Source of the DNA: Octopus vulgaris
Lineage: Eukaryota
Direction of reading: 5' to 3'
Length of the DNA stretch: 64,000 nucleotides
Assembly (NCBI GenBank): GCA_951406725.2
Contig: OX597817.1
Location: 114,328,001 to 114,392,000 of the forward strand
The notes beneath the pieces were generated by a model, which did no database searches, had not been told where the DNA came from, and saw nothing but the letters and a program-made list of their open reading frames with translations. Below, one piece after another: positions 25,929 through 39,825 of the stretch. A program made the translations under genes and the position numbers. Position 1 is the stretch's first letter. The number at the start of each line of letters is the position of its first letter.

Positions 25929-26633
25929 ATATATACAAACATACACACACACACACACAACACATATATGTATATTTTTATATATTTCTGTGTGTGTTTG
26001 TGTCCCCTTGTCTTGCCATTACATGAAAGTTGTAAATGAGCATTAGTTACTGTCCTAAGTGGTGTCACTCATTTCCATTCTTCCATGAAAACAAGTTTAG
26101 CCATGGGAAAATATTACCTTGATTTGGAAACTGTTGAGTGTTAGTGACAGGAAGTGCATCTGACTGTAGTAAATCTGCTTCAATTCATTCTGTCTAGTTC
26201 ATGTAAGTATGGAGAAATGGATGCTAAAGCGTTGAATGAATGATGATAATTTAATTTACTCCTTACAACTACTATTACTATAAAAGATTATTCATGAAAG
26301 AAACCAACAAGTATTAAACTAGAAAAATAAAAGCAAAAATATTTTTACTAAAGACTACAATGGATGATAGAATCAGTACAGAGCTGGATAAAATATCTTG
26401 CAGCGTTTAGTTATGTTTGGAGTTCAAATCCAATCACAGTTAGCTTTGCTTTTCATCCTTCTGGAATTGATAAAATGATTCTTCAAGTTTCTCCTCCCTC
26501 CTTCCTTCCTCTTGCTCTACCTCCTTCTATATTCCTCTTGCTTTGCCTCCTCCTTTCTCTTCCTTCTCCTATCTTCCTCTCTGCCTCCTTGTACCTTCCT
26601 CTTCCTCTGCCCACTGCTTTTGCTGTTAAATAG

Positions 26634-26801
26634 GAAAGATGATGGTATAGACCAATGAACTTTAGATGTGTTTTTCTTCTATAATGGGAGTGGGAATTGT
26701 ATATCCCCTCTGGGAGAGGAAGATGACTACTTGATATCCCTGAAGGGAAAGCAAGCATTCAGCACGACTATCATTATTAATCTTAAATTGCCAGATGAGA
26801 A
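26634..26801 (+). CDS. Candidate 168-nt exon (phase 2-2) with an in-frame TGA: KDDGIDQ*TLDVFFFYNGSGNCISPLGEEDDYLISLKGKQAFSTTIIINLKLPDE
   Basis: About 140-nt pyrimidine tract then taaatAG; donor GAA|GTGAGT at 26802; alternative acceptor tttAG at 26665; A-rich UTR-like tract follows. Confidence 0.45.
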
Positions 26802-27453
26802 GTGAGTCGAATGGCTTTAACATTCTACCAAACACCAAGAAGTGCATACATACATGAAAAACATAAGAAAAATAAAATAAAATAAAAAATAAAAAAAAAG
26901 AAAGTAAAAAGAAAAAAAAAAGGAAGAATAAAAATAAAACCAAAAACAACTGCTGAAGAACATTTAGATTATAATTCAACACTTCAAATATTGTTTATTC
27001 TTTTGAAGTCCATAATATGTTCAGTTCTCAAGGTGTAATGTTATACGATTTCCGAGTTAGAGAATATTTCTAAAGAACTAACTATTACTTCATACTTAAG
27101 ATACAAGAACTTCTATATCTGAAGAATTAGGAGAAGTATATTAAGTGGAATGTAAAGACGGTTTCTTTTGATATAGAGTTGTGGTCATTAGTTATGAACA
27201 CTGCAGTGTATCAAAGCAGTTACCGAAATTTAATACATTGCAAACATTAATATCAGAATTTCTCCACCCTTTTTCTCAATCACATAGGAATAAGATAATG
27301 GTTTACTGGCTTTCATTAGGAAAGTTCTTTCGAGAATCTATCACTTACGTATATGTTTGTGTGCATATACGTATGCATGTATTCATGTGTTCATGTATGT
27401 GAACATGTATGTATATGTATGTGTGTATGGGTATATATATATATATATATATT

Positions 27454-27626
<173 letters not shown>

Positions 27627-27645
27627 GTGTATATATATATATATG

Positions 27646-27676
<31 letters not shown>

Positions 27677-27696
27677 GTATATATGTTATATATGTG

Positions 27697-27736
<40 letters not shown>

Positions 27737-28348
27737 TTGTGCCATCAAATTACTATATGCTATAGTAGTTCTGTTTCAAGAAAGTATACGAAAGAAATAG
27801 TTCAGAAGTGTCATATATGTGTATACACGTGTGTGTGTATGTGTGCGTGTGTGCGTATGTGTATGTATATGTGTGTGTTTGTGTGTGTGTGCATGTATGT
27901 AAATGCGTATGTGAATTGTATGTAAAAATCACTTGATATAAGAATTTTGAACTTTAACATCTTCACTGCTAAATATGAAAATGTTAATATTAGGAGAGAA
28001 CTGATAGGGTGGGGTGGGGGTGGGGTAGGAGTAGGTGGACTCGTTAGCGCATTGGACAAATTGCCTGGAAGTATTTAGTTATGGCCATTTACATTCTGAA
28101 TATAAATCCTGCTAAGGTAGATTTTCTTTTTTTAACCTTTCATCTTTCTGCAGGTGGGGGTGGTCATCAAAATAAATACCAGTCAAGTACTAGGGGGTGA
28201 GTGTCGGGGTATGATGGGGTGAGGTGGAGTGGAGTGGATAAAGGGTGGCGATGGTGGTCAATACAGTTATCTGTTTTCTCCCCTCTTGAAATTTCTCTGT
28301 CCTTGAGCCTGTGTAAAAAATGTGCGAAATGATAAAAATCAGGAGGAG

Positions 28349-28379
<31 letters not shown>

Positions 28380-28512
28380 GGGGAGGGGAAGGGGTTGAGG
28401 TGGGGGAGAGAATGTAGAACAAAAACAACTGCAAAAAAAAATGACAAGTTACTATGAAGTGTTTTGAGAGGCAGTATATGTGTTATTGGTATATCATCAT
28501 CATCATAGGTGT

Positions 28513-28808
28513 GTTTCCTTCTTGAGCCATGCCTGGCTCATAAGGGCCAGTTTTCCAGTTTCCTTGGCATATAGGTTCCCCACCTGGATGGGATGCCAGT
28601 CTGTCGCAGGTGAGCTGCAAGATGCAGGAGGGAAGAGTCAGAGAATGTTGTGGCGAAAGAGTCAGCAGAAGTTCACCGTTACTTTCTGCCAGAACTGCAT
28701 GGAGCTTAGGTGTTTTGCTCATAAACACACACATCACCCAGTCTGAGATTCGAACCCGGGTTCCCTTGACTGCGAGTCCGCTGCTCTAACCATTAGGCCA
28801 TGTGCCTC
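28513..28808 (-). mobile_element. SINE family C (same subtype as 17828-18130)
   Basis: Reverse-complement collinearity; the supplied ORFs 28483-28737 and 17901-18197 are near-identical at their N-termini. Confidence 0.9.
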
Positions 28809-29258
28809 TACTAAAATGGCAGTAAACACTTCGCCTGGCATGCTAACTATTTTGCCAGCTTGCTGCCTTCATAGGCGTGTGCATGTCTGTGTATGTGTAT
28901 ACACATATATATGCCAATCTCACACACAAACACACACACACATACAAGTGCAGACATTGGCATGTGAATAAAATGTTTGCTTCTCAACAGCATGCGTTTG
29001 GTTCACTCCCACTGCCTGACACCTTCTACTCTAACCCTGGGCCAACAACAGTCTTTTAAGTTGATTTGGTAAATGGAACCTGAAAGAAACCTATCAGGTG
29101 TCACTATTTCCTATATTCTGCTCAAACATGTTTAGCAATGAGAAATATTACCTTATTTGGAAATGGGTGCAAATTGAAGACAGGATGGGCATGTGACAGA
29201 AAAATCTGCTTCAGTAAACTCTGTCCAAGCTATGCGAACATGGAAAAATGTACATTAA

Positions 29259-29458
29259 CCCTTAAGCATTGAAACTGGCCATATCCGGCCCAAATACTCT
29301 ACATGTTTTATGTTCATAATAGCTAGAACTGGCTTCTCACACCTCCCCTACAATGTCATTTCAAAAATAGATAATTATCATAGCTACAAGACAATGCAAG
29401 ATTAATTCAAATGTTGTGAATAAATAAAATTTGATAAAGTAATCTGAATGCTAAAGGC
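29259..29458. mobile_element. piggyBac-like MITE inserted at the TTAA of an RTE-type tail
   Basis: TTAA-CCCTTAAGCATT ... GAATGCTAAAGGC; the host tail resumes as AACAATAATGAT. Confidence 0.8.
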
Positions 29459-29738
29459 TGAAAACAATAATGATAATATGTGTGCGTGTGTGTGTGTGTA
29501 TATATATCTCCCATCAAACCATTTGTGATGATAAAAGGGGTAGACTTCAATATCATTGGGAATGGACGATTATATTTATGAAATAATGCAAGTATGGAAA
29601 CTTCTATCAGGATTTTAAGTCTCTAGACTTCAATAGTGTTAAGTGTACTGGACTTGAACCACTGAAGATGTGGAACAATCATCGAAATACTGACACTGAA
29701 ACTTAAAGTTCTGCATATAAGTTTCCATACCTGTATCC

Positions 29739-29803
<65 letters not shown>

Positions 29804-30644
29804 TACACATACATATTTATAACTATATATATTCATCTGTATGCTTATATATATAGTTATATATATGTATATACATATGTATGTATAGTAGGTATGTTGA
29901 ACTCAGTTCTATTCTATGATTGAGAGAAACCAATACAGTTTAATTGTGGAGTAAGAATTTCATTGAAGTAATTGGACAGTTAAATGCTTCATTTTAACCA
30001 ATGGTTTCATCTCAGTTGAGAATCTTCAAACATATATCTCTTTCTGTCTGTTTTTCTATGTGTGTGTATGTGTGTGTATATACTCTGTGCGTGTGTGTAT
30101 TATGTGTATGTGTTAGTGCATTGAACTAAAGTATCTTGATAATATCATAGTAGCTATTGTCATTTATACTATTATATTCATGTTTGTTTTATTCTGTAAG
30201 AGCATTATAGACTATTAAGCATCAAAGAATACAGTGTAATAGTGTCAGTGACCAGGTTGTAGATGTATGACAATATCTTTTGACACTTGATACAATATAA
30301 TATTATTACAAAAGCAAACAGAAATGAGCATAATGGTATATGTGTGTGTTTTAAATGGTGATCATGATACTTCCATTGTGTAATTGTTCTGTTATTATTT
30401 ATTCTTTTTCCCTTTGTGATATGCAATCTCCATTTTCACACTGTTTATGAGCTGGTATTCCTAATTTTGTTTTATCACTTTTAAATTTTCAGAAGTTAAG
30501 TTTTCCTGTTGTAAGCTAACACAAATGCTGGCAGAATTATTTCTTTTCACACTAACCTATCCAGGATCACCCCTTGTTCTATGATACAAACTTCTTGTTT
30601 TTAAGTGATCTAAGTTAAAAAAAACACTTAAAAATTCTGAGGGC

Positions 30645-30967
30645 AAGGGATGAGTATCAAAAAGTCCCTGTACTAGTTCTGTAGTGTACCAACAGATGCA
30701 GCATATGGTTGTATGCACAGTGAAGGATAGCAGTGACCTTCATGAGGCAGTGTGCCAAGTGACATCACTGTTTTTTCTTTGCAAATTGTGAAATTTGTGT
30801 TTTTGTGATCACATGTATGCTGTAGTCTGTGATTTTTGTCATGGACAGGAAGCTGAAAGAAAAAAAGGCAACATGAAATTTTGAGTTAAACTTGGGAAGT
30901 CTGCTACAGAGACATTGAACATGTTTCAGCAAGCTTACAAGGCAATGAGTTGTACACAATGCTTCAA
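30645..30967 (+). pseudogene. mariner transposon 5' relic with transposase N-terminus
   Basis: From ATG 30841, with a frameshift and a stop: MDRKL..NMKF*VKLGKSATETLNMFQQAY..AMSCTQCF, the EQR..IKF..KLGK.A.ET..M...AY HTH signature. Confidence 0.8.
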
Positions 30968-31489
30968 TTTTTGGCACAAGGCCAGCAGTTTTGGAGAAGG
31001 AGGTAAGTTGATCACATTGGCCTCAGTAGAAATATAATAGCAAAATGGTTATCTATGAAGTTCCTCAGCTATGCCAGTCTTCTGTGTCAGTTGAAGAGAC
31101 TACTGCAGTAGGCAGTGTTCTTCCTTTTTCTATGTTGTTAACCAAAGTTATATTTAATGTATCTTTTCAACCAGATCTAAAGTAAAGCTGAGTCACAAGG
31201 ATGTCCAGGTTTACCTCTACCTTCTCCTTGGTCTAGAGAAGATGATTTAAAAGTCTAAAGAATCTCCCTGTCCACAATAATACAAACTTACAGGAAAATT
31301 GAACCAACAGAAGCATCTCTTTCCAGTTTAGTCTCCTAGAAATTATTTGTTCAGTTACTTGTTTTAGTCACTGAACTGTAACCGTGTTGGAGCACTGCTG
31401 TGAAAAGTTGTGGTCAGTCATATCCACCCTAGTACTTATTTTCTATTTTAGCCTCCTCATTTCATTGCATTGCTAATTGCTAAGATATA

Positions 31490-31886
31490 TGGCGTCGCCT
31501 TACTGGCACTCGAGCCCCGTTCTAGTAGGGTGTCAAGAGCACCATCTGAGCATGATCGTTGCCAGAGCAGCTATCTGGCCTCTGTGCTGGTGGCACGTAA
31601 AAGACACCATTCGAGCGTGATCGTTACCAGCATCGCCTTACTGGCACCTGTGCCAGTGGCATGTGTAAAAGATTTGAGCGAGGTCGTTGCCAGTAGCGCC
31701 TGACTGGCTCTGTGCTGATGGCATGTAAAAAGCACCCACTACACTCTTGGAGTGGTTGGCGTTATGAAGGGCATCCAGCTGTAGAAACTCTGCCAGATCA
31801 AGATTGAAGCCTGGTGCAGCCATCTGGTTCACCAACCCTCAATCAAATCGTCCAACCCATGCTAGCATGGAAAATGGATGTTAAAC

Positions 31887-31928
<42 letters not shown>
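31490..31928 (+). mobile_element. RTE-type 3' UTR repeat (family E) with internal sub-repeats and (GAT)n tail
   Basis: Repeated GAGCGTGATCGTT.CCAG / TCGCCTTACTGGCAC units, then the family E end. An inverted copy lies at 33827-34130. Confidence 0.85.
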
Positions 31929-32380
31929 ATGACATACAGACATTGAATCTTTCAAATGGTGTTAATGCAAAGTCAGTCATAGAGACAGACAATAATTTTA
32001 TTTGCCATCAAGTAACTTCATTTGCAACTCATTCGTTGACTTGACTCTACAGTAGAATATTCTTTCCCATAGCAAACCAAAACCAAGATCATAATGTTGC
32101 CCAGTGAACTTCTTAACCACATCACTACACCTAGGCTTAAATAACAAACAAATCATATCCTGTCATCTTAAAAAAAAAAGGAAGAACCCATTAAATAATG
32201 TTGTCCTAGATATACTATATCTGAATTACCTGTCCAACAAAATGGGATGGTCCTGGTTGGTATGTTTTTGATAATAGGTTTGCACCATCAGGATCAGTGT
32301 AGATCTCAACAACAATTTATTAGAAATATTTGGGCATTTATAGTTTAAAGAATTTTTTTGTTGTTTTCTCTTTGATTCAG

Positions 32381-32396
32381 TCTCGACCTACTCTAG
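32381..32396 (+). CDS. Candidate alternative last exon (phase 2: xLDLL*)
   Basis: ttttttgttgttttctctttgattcAG, followed by about 450 bp of A-rich, repeat-free sequence with AATAAA at 32633. Confidence 0.3.
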
Positions 32397-33456
32397 TTTT
32401 AGTCTAAAAAAACATTTCAGTTGCATCAGTTTGACATTTCAAGCAAAAGACAACTACAATGAAAAAATGGGGGAAAAAATAATTGTAGAAGGAAGAAATA
32501 AAAAAAACAAAAAAAAACAGAAAAAAAGAACAAAAACAAATTTAAATAAAATATGGTAATTTGGTTGAAGCATTGTTAAATAAATGTAAGGAGATATATT
32601 ATAGTGCAAATCCAAAACAATGTTAGAAAATGAATAAAAGAAATTTTATTTGATATTTCAGTTATAAAAGGCCCTAATCACGAATACAATATCATTGGGA
32701 AACAAACTGTAATAATAGACAGCACAAAAGAAAAGAAAGCTATTATGGCATACACTGAGTTGTAAACATCAAGTTCAAATCAACCAATGAAAGTTACACA
32801 GCTTTTGGTTGATATTAAGTTCTGTTTTATGGCGTTTGATGAAGATAACCTCTTGAATTCTTAGATTGCTGATATTTCTGTCAGCAGCTTTGATCATGAC
32901 TGTGACCTTAATGACAGTTAAGACATTTCTTCAAGTGTTTTATTTTTCCTTTTTATTGATGATGATGATGTTGATGATGATGATGATGATGATGATGATA
33001 ATGATGATGCGTTCATATATGTGTTTCCTTGATGCAAACGTGTTGTAGACAAATCATAATAATGATGGCTTAGCTTTGTGTAGGAAGATTTATGAAAGGG
33101 GCTGCCCTTGTTGACTGCCAGCTCACTGGTGGTTGACAAGGCTAATATATATAGGACAAGCAGGCTGTAAGGGAAAAAAGTCAGAGGAGGAAAAGCAGTG
33201 TCCATGACTTTTTTGTTCCAACTCCTCTGAAACTGACTAAGAGAAAGAAAAGAAACTGCAGCTTAATGTGTTCAGTATTAGGAAACAGTACATTGATATA
33301 CTAAATTACTCACAAAAGGCAAACCTTGCCCACGTGCTTGAAACCAAGTGAACTCTGCTAAACTCATTAGGGGACAATGTGGTGGTGTTCAGCTATATGA
33401 TAAATTAAGAAGTCTCAGAAGAATTTTTTCTTTCTTTTGCTAATCAGAATTGTTAA

Positions 33457-33668
33457 CCCATTAGCATTTAAACTGGCCATACCCAGCCCAAATATGCTAC
33501 ATGTTCTTACTAGCCAGATCCAGCCTGTCATACTTACCCTTCAATGCTACTTTAAGATTTACAGTCATATCATCAAAATTTCGAAACTACAAAATAATGT
33601 ATACTTAATTGAAAACAATGTGAATGAAAAAGCATTATATTTGACAGAATAACCTGAATGCTAAAGGG
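33457..33668. mobile_element. piggyBac-like MITE, full length
   Basis: TTAA-CCCATTAGCATT ... AATGCTAAAGGG-TTAC. Confidence 0.85.
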
Positions 33669-33826
33669 TTACGCTAGTATGTAGAGATTGTTCAAATCAG
33701 GTGTCTGCTCATTCACTAGGTATTTTCTAAATTCTAGAGGGAAGGTCCACCATTTTCTGTAGATTACATATCAAATTGTGATGATCATGTAAAATCTTTG
33801 AAAATAAGTGTTATGGGTGGTCCTGT

Positions 33827-33866
<40 letters not shown>

Positions 33867-34971
33867 CCATAATGCCCGTTGTCCATGCTAGCATGGATCG
33901 GATGATGTGATGGTGTGCAGCCCCGCTGGCAAGCTGGTGGGGGAAGCACCAGACTCCAGTCTGATTTTAGCATCATTTCTACAGTTGGATGCCCTTCCTA
34001 ACACCAACCGCTTTACAGAGTGTGATGAGTGCTTTTACATGGCACCACATGGGTGCTTTTATGCGGCACTGCACAGGTGCTTTTATGTGATACCACATGA
34101 ATGCCAATATATAATGCCACATGAACACTTTCATGTGATGCCTTCATCTGTCCTTGTTTGTCCTCTCTATGTTTAGCCCCCCTGTTTCTCTATTTCTATT
34201 CAGGTCTGTGTGTATGTGTCTGTTTGTCTGTGTGTATGTGTCTGTCTGCCTGCGTATCTGTCCGTGTGTCTGTGCATCAGCATGTCAGTCTGTTTATATG
34301 TGTGTCTGTCTGCATGTGTCTGTCTATCTGCATGTGTGTGTGTGTGTGTCTGTCTGTCTGTATGTGTGTCTGCATCTCTGCATATGCATTTGTTTGTCCG
34401 CATGTGTCTGTTTGCATGTCTGTCACTTTGTCTCTCTGTGTCTCTGTCTGTCTGTCTGTCACCCTTTCTCTCCCTCTCTCTCTGTCTCTCTCTCCAAGAA
34501 ACGGAAGCTGTTAAGAGGATGTCCATGTTCGCAACAACATGAACCACCTAGAAAAACACTTCACAGAAGACACAGAACATGCTAACATCAAGTCACACAC
34601 ATCAAGTCACACTCATTTATGAGTGATAGCTGTATTACATTTGCTAATGTATTTCAGTTTTTCATGCCACCTTACATTTTTGTTTTCCTTCTCTAAACCT
34701 CAGTCATTGCTTATATGACGCTAGTGTGCAATGGTTATATTATCACTGTGTAGTAATATGTGTAACATTTCTATATGTTGTTCTTTGATCCAGCTTTTCC
34801 ATATTACATGTTTGCTACTATCACATGTTGTTATTTGTTATTGTAAACAGCACATTTTGTGCTTAATAAAGGCAAGGAAGATGTAAAATAAATTGTTAAT
34901 TTTGCTTTTGGAAATGAAGATGGTTATTAGAATTTTTTTTTTTGTTTTGTTTTTTCTTTGTCTTCTTATAG

Positions 34972-35017
34972 CATTTCAGAATTCAGCCCAGAGATAAGAT
35001 CTGAGATTTTTCTGTGA
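34972..35017 (+). CDS. Candidate alternative last exon (phase 2: xISEFSPEIRSEIFL*)
   Basis: Very strong acceptor (about 35-nt T-rich tract then cttatAG); short non-repetitive open frame. Frame is not proven. Confidence 0.4.
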
Positions 35018-35039
35018 TGCTGTATTCAGCCTCGGGGGG

Positions 35040-35435
35040 GAGCTCTTTCCTCCTCGTCCTTTTCCTTCTTGTTGTCATTGCTGTCCTCCACCTCCTCCTC
35101 CTCCTCCTCCTCTTCTTCTTCTTCTTCTTCTTCTTCTTCTTCTTCTTCTTCTTCTTCCTCCTCTTCTTCCCCCCTTCTTCTTCTTCTTCCCCCTCCCCAT
35201 CTTCTTCTTCCTCCTCTTCCTCCCCCCTCTTCTTCTTCTTCCCCCTCCCCATCTTCTTATTCCTCCTCTTCCTCCCCCCTCTTCTTCTTCTTCCCCCTCC
35301 CCATCTTCTTCTTCCTCCTCCCCCTCCCCATCTTCTTCTTCCTCCTCCTCCTCCCCTCTCCCTCTTCTTCTTCTTCTTCTTCTTCCTCCTCCTCCCCCTC
35401 TTCTACTTCTTCCTCTTCCCCTCCCCCCTCCTGCC
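35040..35435 (+). repeat. (CTT/CCT)n polypyrimidine low-complexity tract
   Basis: Directly visible; source of the poly-S/F/L/E/K/R ORFs. Confidence 0.95.
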
Positions 35436-36242
35436 ACCATAGCCATTGTTGTCACCACCGCTGCTGCCGCCACTACAGTGATGATGCTGATGATGATGAT
35501 GCTGATGATTTCAACAGTTTTATGTGTTTTTACGATGCCCTCTGTGTTCCTTAAGGTATATGCAACATAGTCTTTTATTGGTGCAGATTTGCGATTTGTT
35601 ATGTTGCATTTACTGCGCTTTGTTATAATGTTCGTTTTGGGGATGTTTCCAGTGTTATTTCAGTGTTGCTTTGTCGGTTGGCTGGTTAGCTGGTTGGTTC
35701 GTTGGTTAGTAGTTGTTTCGTTTGTGCAGTTGGAGATGTGTTATGTGATATGCAGTTTCTAATGCCGGTTGGTGATTGATGTAGAGTTTATGCCATGTGG
35801 TTTGTGTTAGATTGCTGTATTAGAATTTATGAGTTGTTAATGACATAAGGGATGTGTTATTGTATTGGTTGCCAATTATGTAAGAGTCTGTGTATAGTGT
35901 TATAATATTGCTACGTCTTTTCTTGTCGCTACACTGCTGGTAAAAATATTTGTTTATCATGCCTATACCTTCTTTTAATAGTGGACTATTATATTATGAA
36001 AGTCTTGTTAGTTACTATGGTGACAACAGTCTAACTACCTATCCATCCATCAATCCATCCACCCATCCATCCATTCATCATATTTTTTCTTCACGATCTC
36101 TTTTGATTAGAATTCGACCCACTTTTTCTTCTTTTTTGTTATTTTTTATTTTTTCCTTCTCTTCCCAAAAAGAAAAGCTCTACTTTGTATTTTGTCCCTT
36201 CTGTGTTCATCCCTGCATAGCCAATAGAGAAATATATCTATC

Positions 36243-36273
<31 letters not shown>

Positions 36274-36593
36274 CTATCTATCAATCTATTAATCTATCAA
36301 TCAATCAATCAATCAGTCAAATCAAATCAATCATGCTTTCTCTCTCTTGCGCTGTATATCTCTCTCAACAACAATAACCTGTTTTTTTTTCTTGAAACAA
36401 AAATTTAATTCTATCTTTTACACACACACTCATACACTCTGTCTCTCTCTCATTGAATTTCTTTCTCATCAACATCAACAGTGACAACAACAACCTGTTA
36501 TTATAGTGAAAGTCTTTTTTTTTCAAAGTATGTATTGCAGTTGTCTCTACATTTAAAGGCATACGAAAGAAACAAACATACTCATACACACAC

Positions 36594-36626
<33 letters not shown>

Positions 36627-36639
36627 TATTATTATTATT

Positions 36640-37790
36640 CTTTTTATCTCAGGTTTTGTTGTAACTCTTGGAGTCTTGCATTTATAGCAGGCTTGCTGAC
36701 TGCAGCCTAAAATACTATGCTATATGTTCTTTTCAACTATCTAATACTTTCCTGATTATTCTGGCTGTGCCAAGGAGGCTAAACTTTTGTATCAGTTCTA
36801 CTGGACACTCTATTCCGATTTCCTTTATATTCCTCTTAAAGCCTTTTGATACTGTTCCCAAGGGTCCAACAATAATTGGCACTGTCTTCACCTTCATTTT
36901 CTGTAGCTGGGCTATTTCATATTTAATTATCATGTTCATATCAATTCTTATGCATTTTCAGATCAAAGCATGAACATATTGTTCACTGGACATAGCAACC
37001 AACTTGTGTTAGTGACTATACTTGGATTGGACAGCGGGAAATAATATGCTCAGTTGTCTCATTGTATTAGTCACATAGTTTTTACATATTGTTAGGATTT
37101 CTTTTGCCATTTTGTTTTTGTATTTAAAAAAAATTTTTTTTTTGGTTAGGCATTGGTTTCTGTTTCTGCTTTAAGCCCAAAGCTTTTGAACCTTTGTTGG
37201 TTTTCACTCTGGCTTTTTCTATGTTGAGTTTTGCAGAATATTGACTCAATCTTACTCACTGTTTCTTTTCTTTAATATATCATTAGCTAATCTACTTTGA
37301 TGGTTTTGGAGCTGCTTTATTATTATGGAATGTCTGCTATGTCTGAGTAACCAAGAATATGGTGGGGATTTATCTCCCTGCTGTTGATATAAACAAGAGT
37401 GCATTTTACTCTAAAAGCCAATGAGAATTTTTTTCTCGTGGTATCTGCTGCAGTATACTTCATTCTAACAGAACATCCATGTTTAAGTGGGGATAAATGT
37501 TACCTCAAGAATATGGCATATTATCAATTGTTTTTTGGTTGTCAATCCAAACCATACTCAGGTTTTCCTTATTTTTTTTCCTGTCTTCTATAATAGCTTG
37601 GTTAACTTGTAGCTGCTCTTTAAAACCATGTATTCCTTTGTGGCATTCATTTAGCTCCTCTGCTAATATATGATTGCTCTCCTAGTGAGTAACCTGCCTG
37701 TTGTAGAGTATGGGTGGAAGGCCTTTTTATGTTGTTAGGGGTTTCTGGTGTTTTTGTGTTTAGGAATCAGTAGTTTTCATTCAAGCAGTC
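36640..37790 (-). pseudogene. R4/Dong-clade (RLE) non-LTR retrotransposon relic, internally deleted
   Basis: Minus-strand fragments ILAEELNECHKGIHGFKEQLQVN and NLSMVWID (RT), and VPIIVGPLGTVSK..IQKFSLLGTARIIRKVL (C-terminus). Ends at a (TAA)n tract at 36594-36639. Confidence 0.85.
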
Positions 37791-38314
37791 ATTCACGTGT
37801 TGAGTCTGTTCAATTTAAGAATTTATTGACTATTTCCACCACCATTATTCTGTGGTTGCTGTGGCACAAATTGAGTGAATTTGTGGAACTGGAAGAGCAA
37901 GATCTGAATTCTTTAGCATCTTGTTTTGTCTTTGAATGTGATGTGTTCAAATTCTACCAAGTTTGTGTCATTCTTCTGTGATTAATTATTATAGATAGCA
38001 GTAATCTACTAGGACCATTTCAGATGCACTGTACCTCTCTGTTTCCACAACTGGCTCTATGCCCAACTGAATAAGAAACTGTACTTCCTCGAAATTCCCA
38101 AACTTGCTTTGTTAATTGAAGATGATGCCAAGGGCCATTGTATTTAATAGTGCTTGTAGCAGCACTAAGCTATTTGACATGTTGATGATGAAATGGAAGT
38201 AGACAAGCTTAATATATCAGTTGTCTCATTTCCCTTTTCCACATCTTCATTGTCAGAATTGGAAACTTTTTAATAACTGTTGGTTTTCACGACTTACTAA
38301 CTTCGTTGTCGTAG

Positions 38315-38363
38315 CATGAAGACATTTATCTTTGTTAACCCGTTTATGTGGTTTCAAAATTAA
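38315..38363 (+). CDS. Candidate alternative last exon (phase 2: xMKTFIFVNPFMWFQN*)
   Basis: Perfect TACTAAC at 38295-38301, then ttcgttgtcgtAG; local CpG cluster; about 1 kb of repeat-poor context. Confidence 0.35.
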
Positions 38364-38842
38364 TTTAGTTGCTCAGAAAGCTTATTGAAAATTTTGATGG
38401 ATTACTTAATTACCTTCATTAATATCGCTGTCAACCGAAATCTAATCTTGTTTAGTCTATGATAGAATTTTTCTATGGTTGAAAAGATGGCGGCTAGACT
38501 TGCCAGAAGAAAATCAAAACTAAGAAAAGAAAAAAATGAAAAACAGAAAGAGGAAAGAAAGAAAAGAAAAGGAAGATAATTTGGCTTTGTTAAATGTTAT
38601 AAAGCATTGCAATATTTCACTGAAATTATTTCTTTGAGGTTTGTTTGTTTGTTTATTTATTTTAAATTTTGGTGAAAATTCTACCAAATTGATTTGTTTG
38701 TTTAAAAGAGATATCATTTTGAGAAGAAAGACGGTTGAATGTTTCTAGGAATTTTATAATGATTGCACAGATTACTTGCATGTATTAACTTCAGTGGCTT
38801 CAGTTTTGTGTACAATTAATTATTATTTAGGCTATAAATAAT

Positions 38843-38883
<41 letters not shown>

Positions 38884-39397
38884 GTATTTGTATTGGTTGC
38901 TTGTGTGATTTTTGTTCTTTTTTGTTTAATATTATGACAAAATAGACAACTGGTATAACATATTGAATTACCAGCTCATATAGCACGAACATTATGTATG
39001 TATATCAATTCTCTGTAGGTTGGACAATTAATTAATTTTTTTATATGCTTCAATTCACTTAGCTTTTGAGAACACAAACCAGATTTCTGGGAGTTTATTT
39101 GTGATAGATTAGCAATCTTTCCTTGTCTGCTTATGATATCCTTGTCTTATATGCTTATAATATCCTCTTCATCCACTGCAAAGATCTTGCTCATAACATG
39201 CCTCCTTAATTCATATAGACATCAGTTATTTCTCATACTTCATAAATACAAGTGAAATGTTGGATTAAATATGACATTAGATTACTAACTCAGAGAACTT
39301 AAGTTCAAATCTAACTCAGAATTTTTTCTGAGTTCATGGGCAGTACATATAATTCTCTGCACCTCAATTTATCTACTTACTGGGAATAATTAACACT

Positions 39398-39546
39398 GTC
39401 ATGTGGTAAGAAGTTTGCTTCCCAACCACATGATTCCAGGTTCAGTCCCACTCTATGGCACCCTTGACAAGTGTCTTATACTATATAGCCTTGAGCCAAC
39501 CAAAGTCTTGTAAGTAGATTTAGAGATGGAAACTGAAAGTCTGTTG

Positions 39547-39598
<52 letters not shown>

Positions 39599-39825
39599 TG
39601 TGTGTGTGTGTGAGAGTGTGTTCCTCATTATTGCTTGACACTCAGTGTTGGTTTTATTTAATCCAACATTTCACTTGTAACTTAGCAGTTTAGCAAAATG
39701 ACACTGATAGAATAAATACCAGGTTTAAAAGAAAATAAGTACTGGAGTCAATTCATTCAACTAATAAATTCTTCAAGGTGGTGCCCCAGCCTGGCCACAG
39801 TCAAATGACTAAAACATATAAAAGA
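39398..39825 (+). mobile_element. SINE family A
   Basis: Collinear with 44258-44660. Confidence 0.8.

Noticed and set aside
19728-26658. Resemblance of FRDGAITLWKDD to 14-3-3 (LRDNLTLWTSD), and of other tails to QKI or SERCA C-termini
   Set aside because: Only a few residues match and the flanking sequence does not, so no gene symbol was assigned.
27146-27158. 13-nt match to the 5' end of miR-1 (TGGAATGTAAAGA)
   Set aside because: The 3' half diverges (CGGTTTC instead of AGTATG), and there is no complementary 5' arm to form the precursor.
31490-31735. Spaced direct repeats superficially like a CRISPR array (also 17630-17735 and 34030-34135)
   Set aside because: Degenerate sub-repeats inside an RTE-type 3' UTR; the spacers are related to each other; eukaryotic context with no cas genes.
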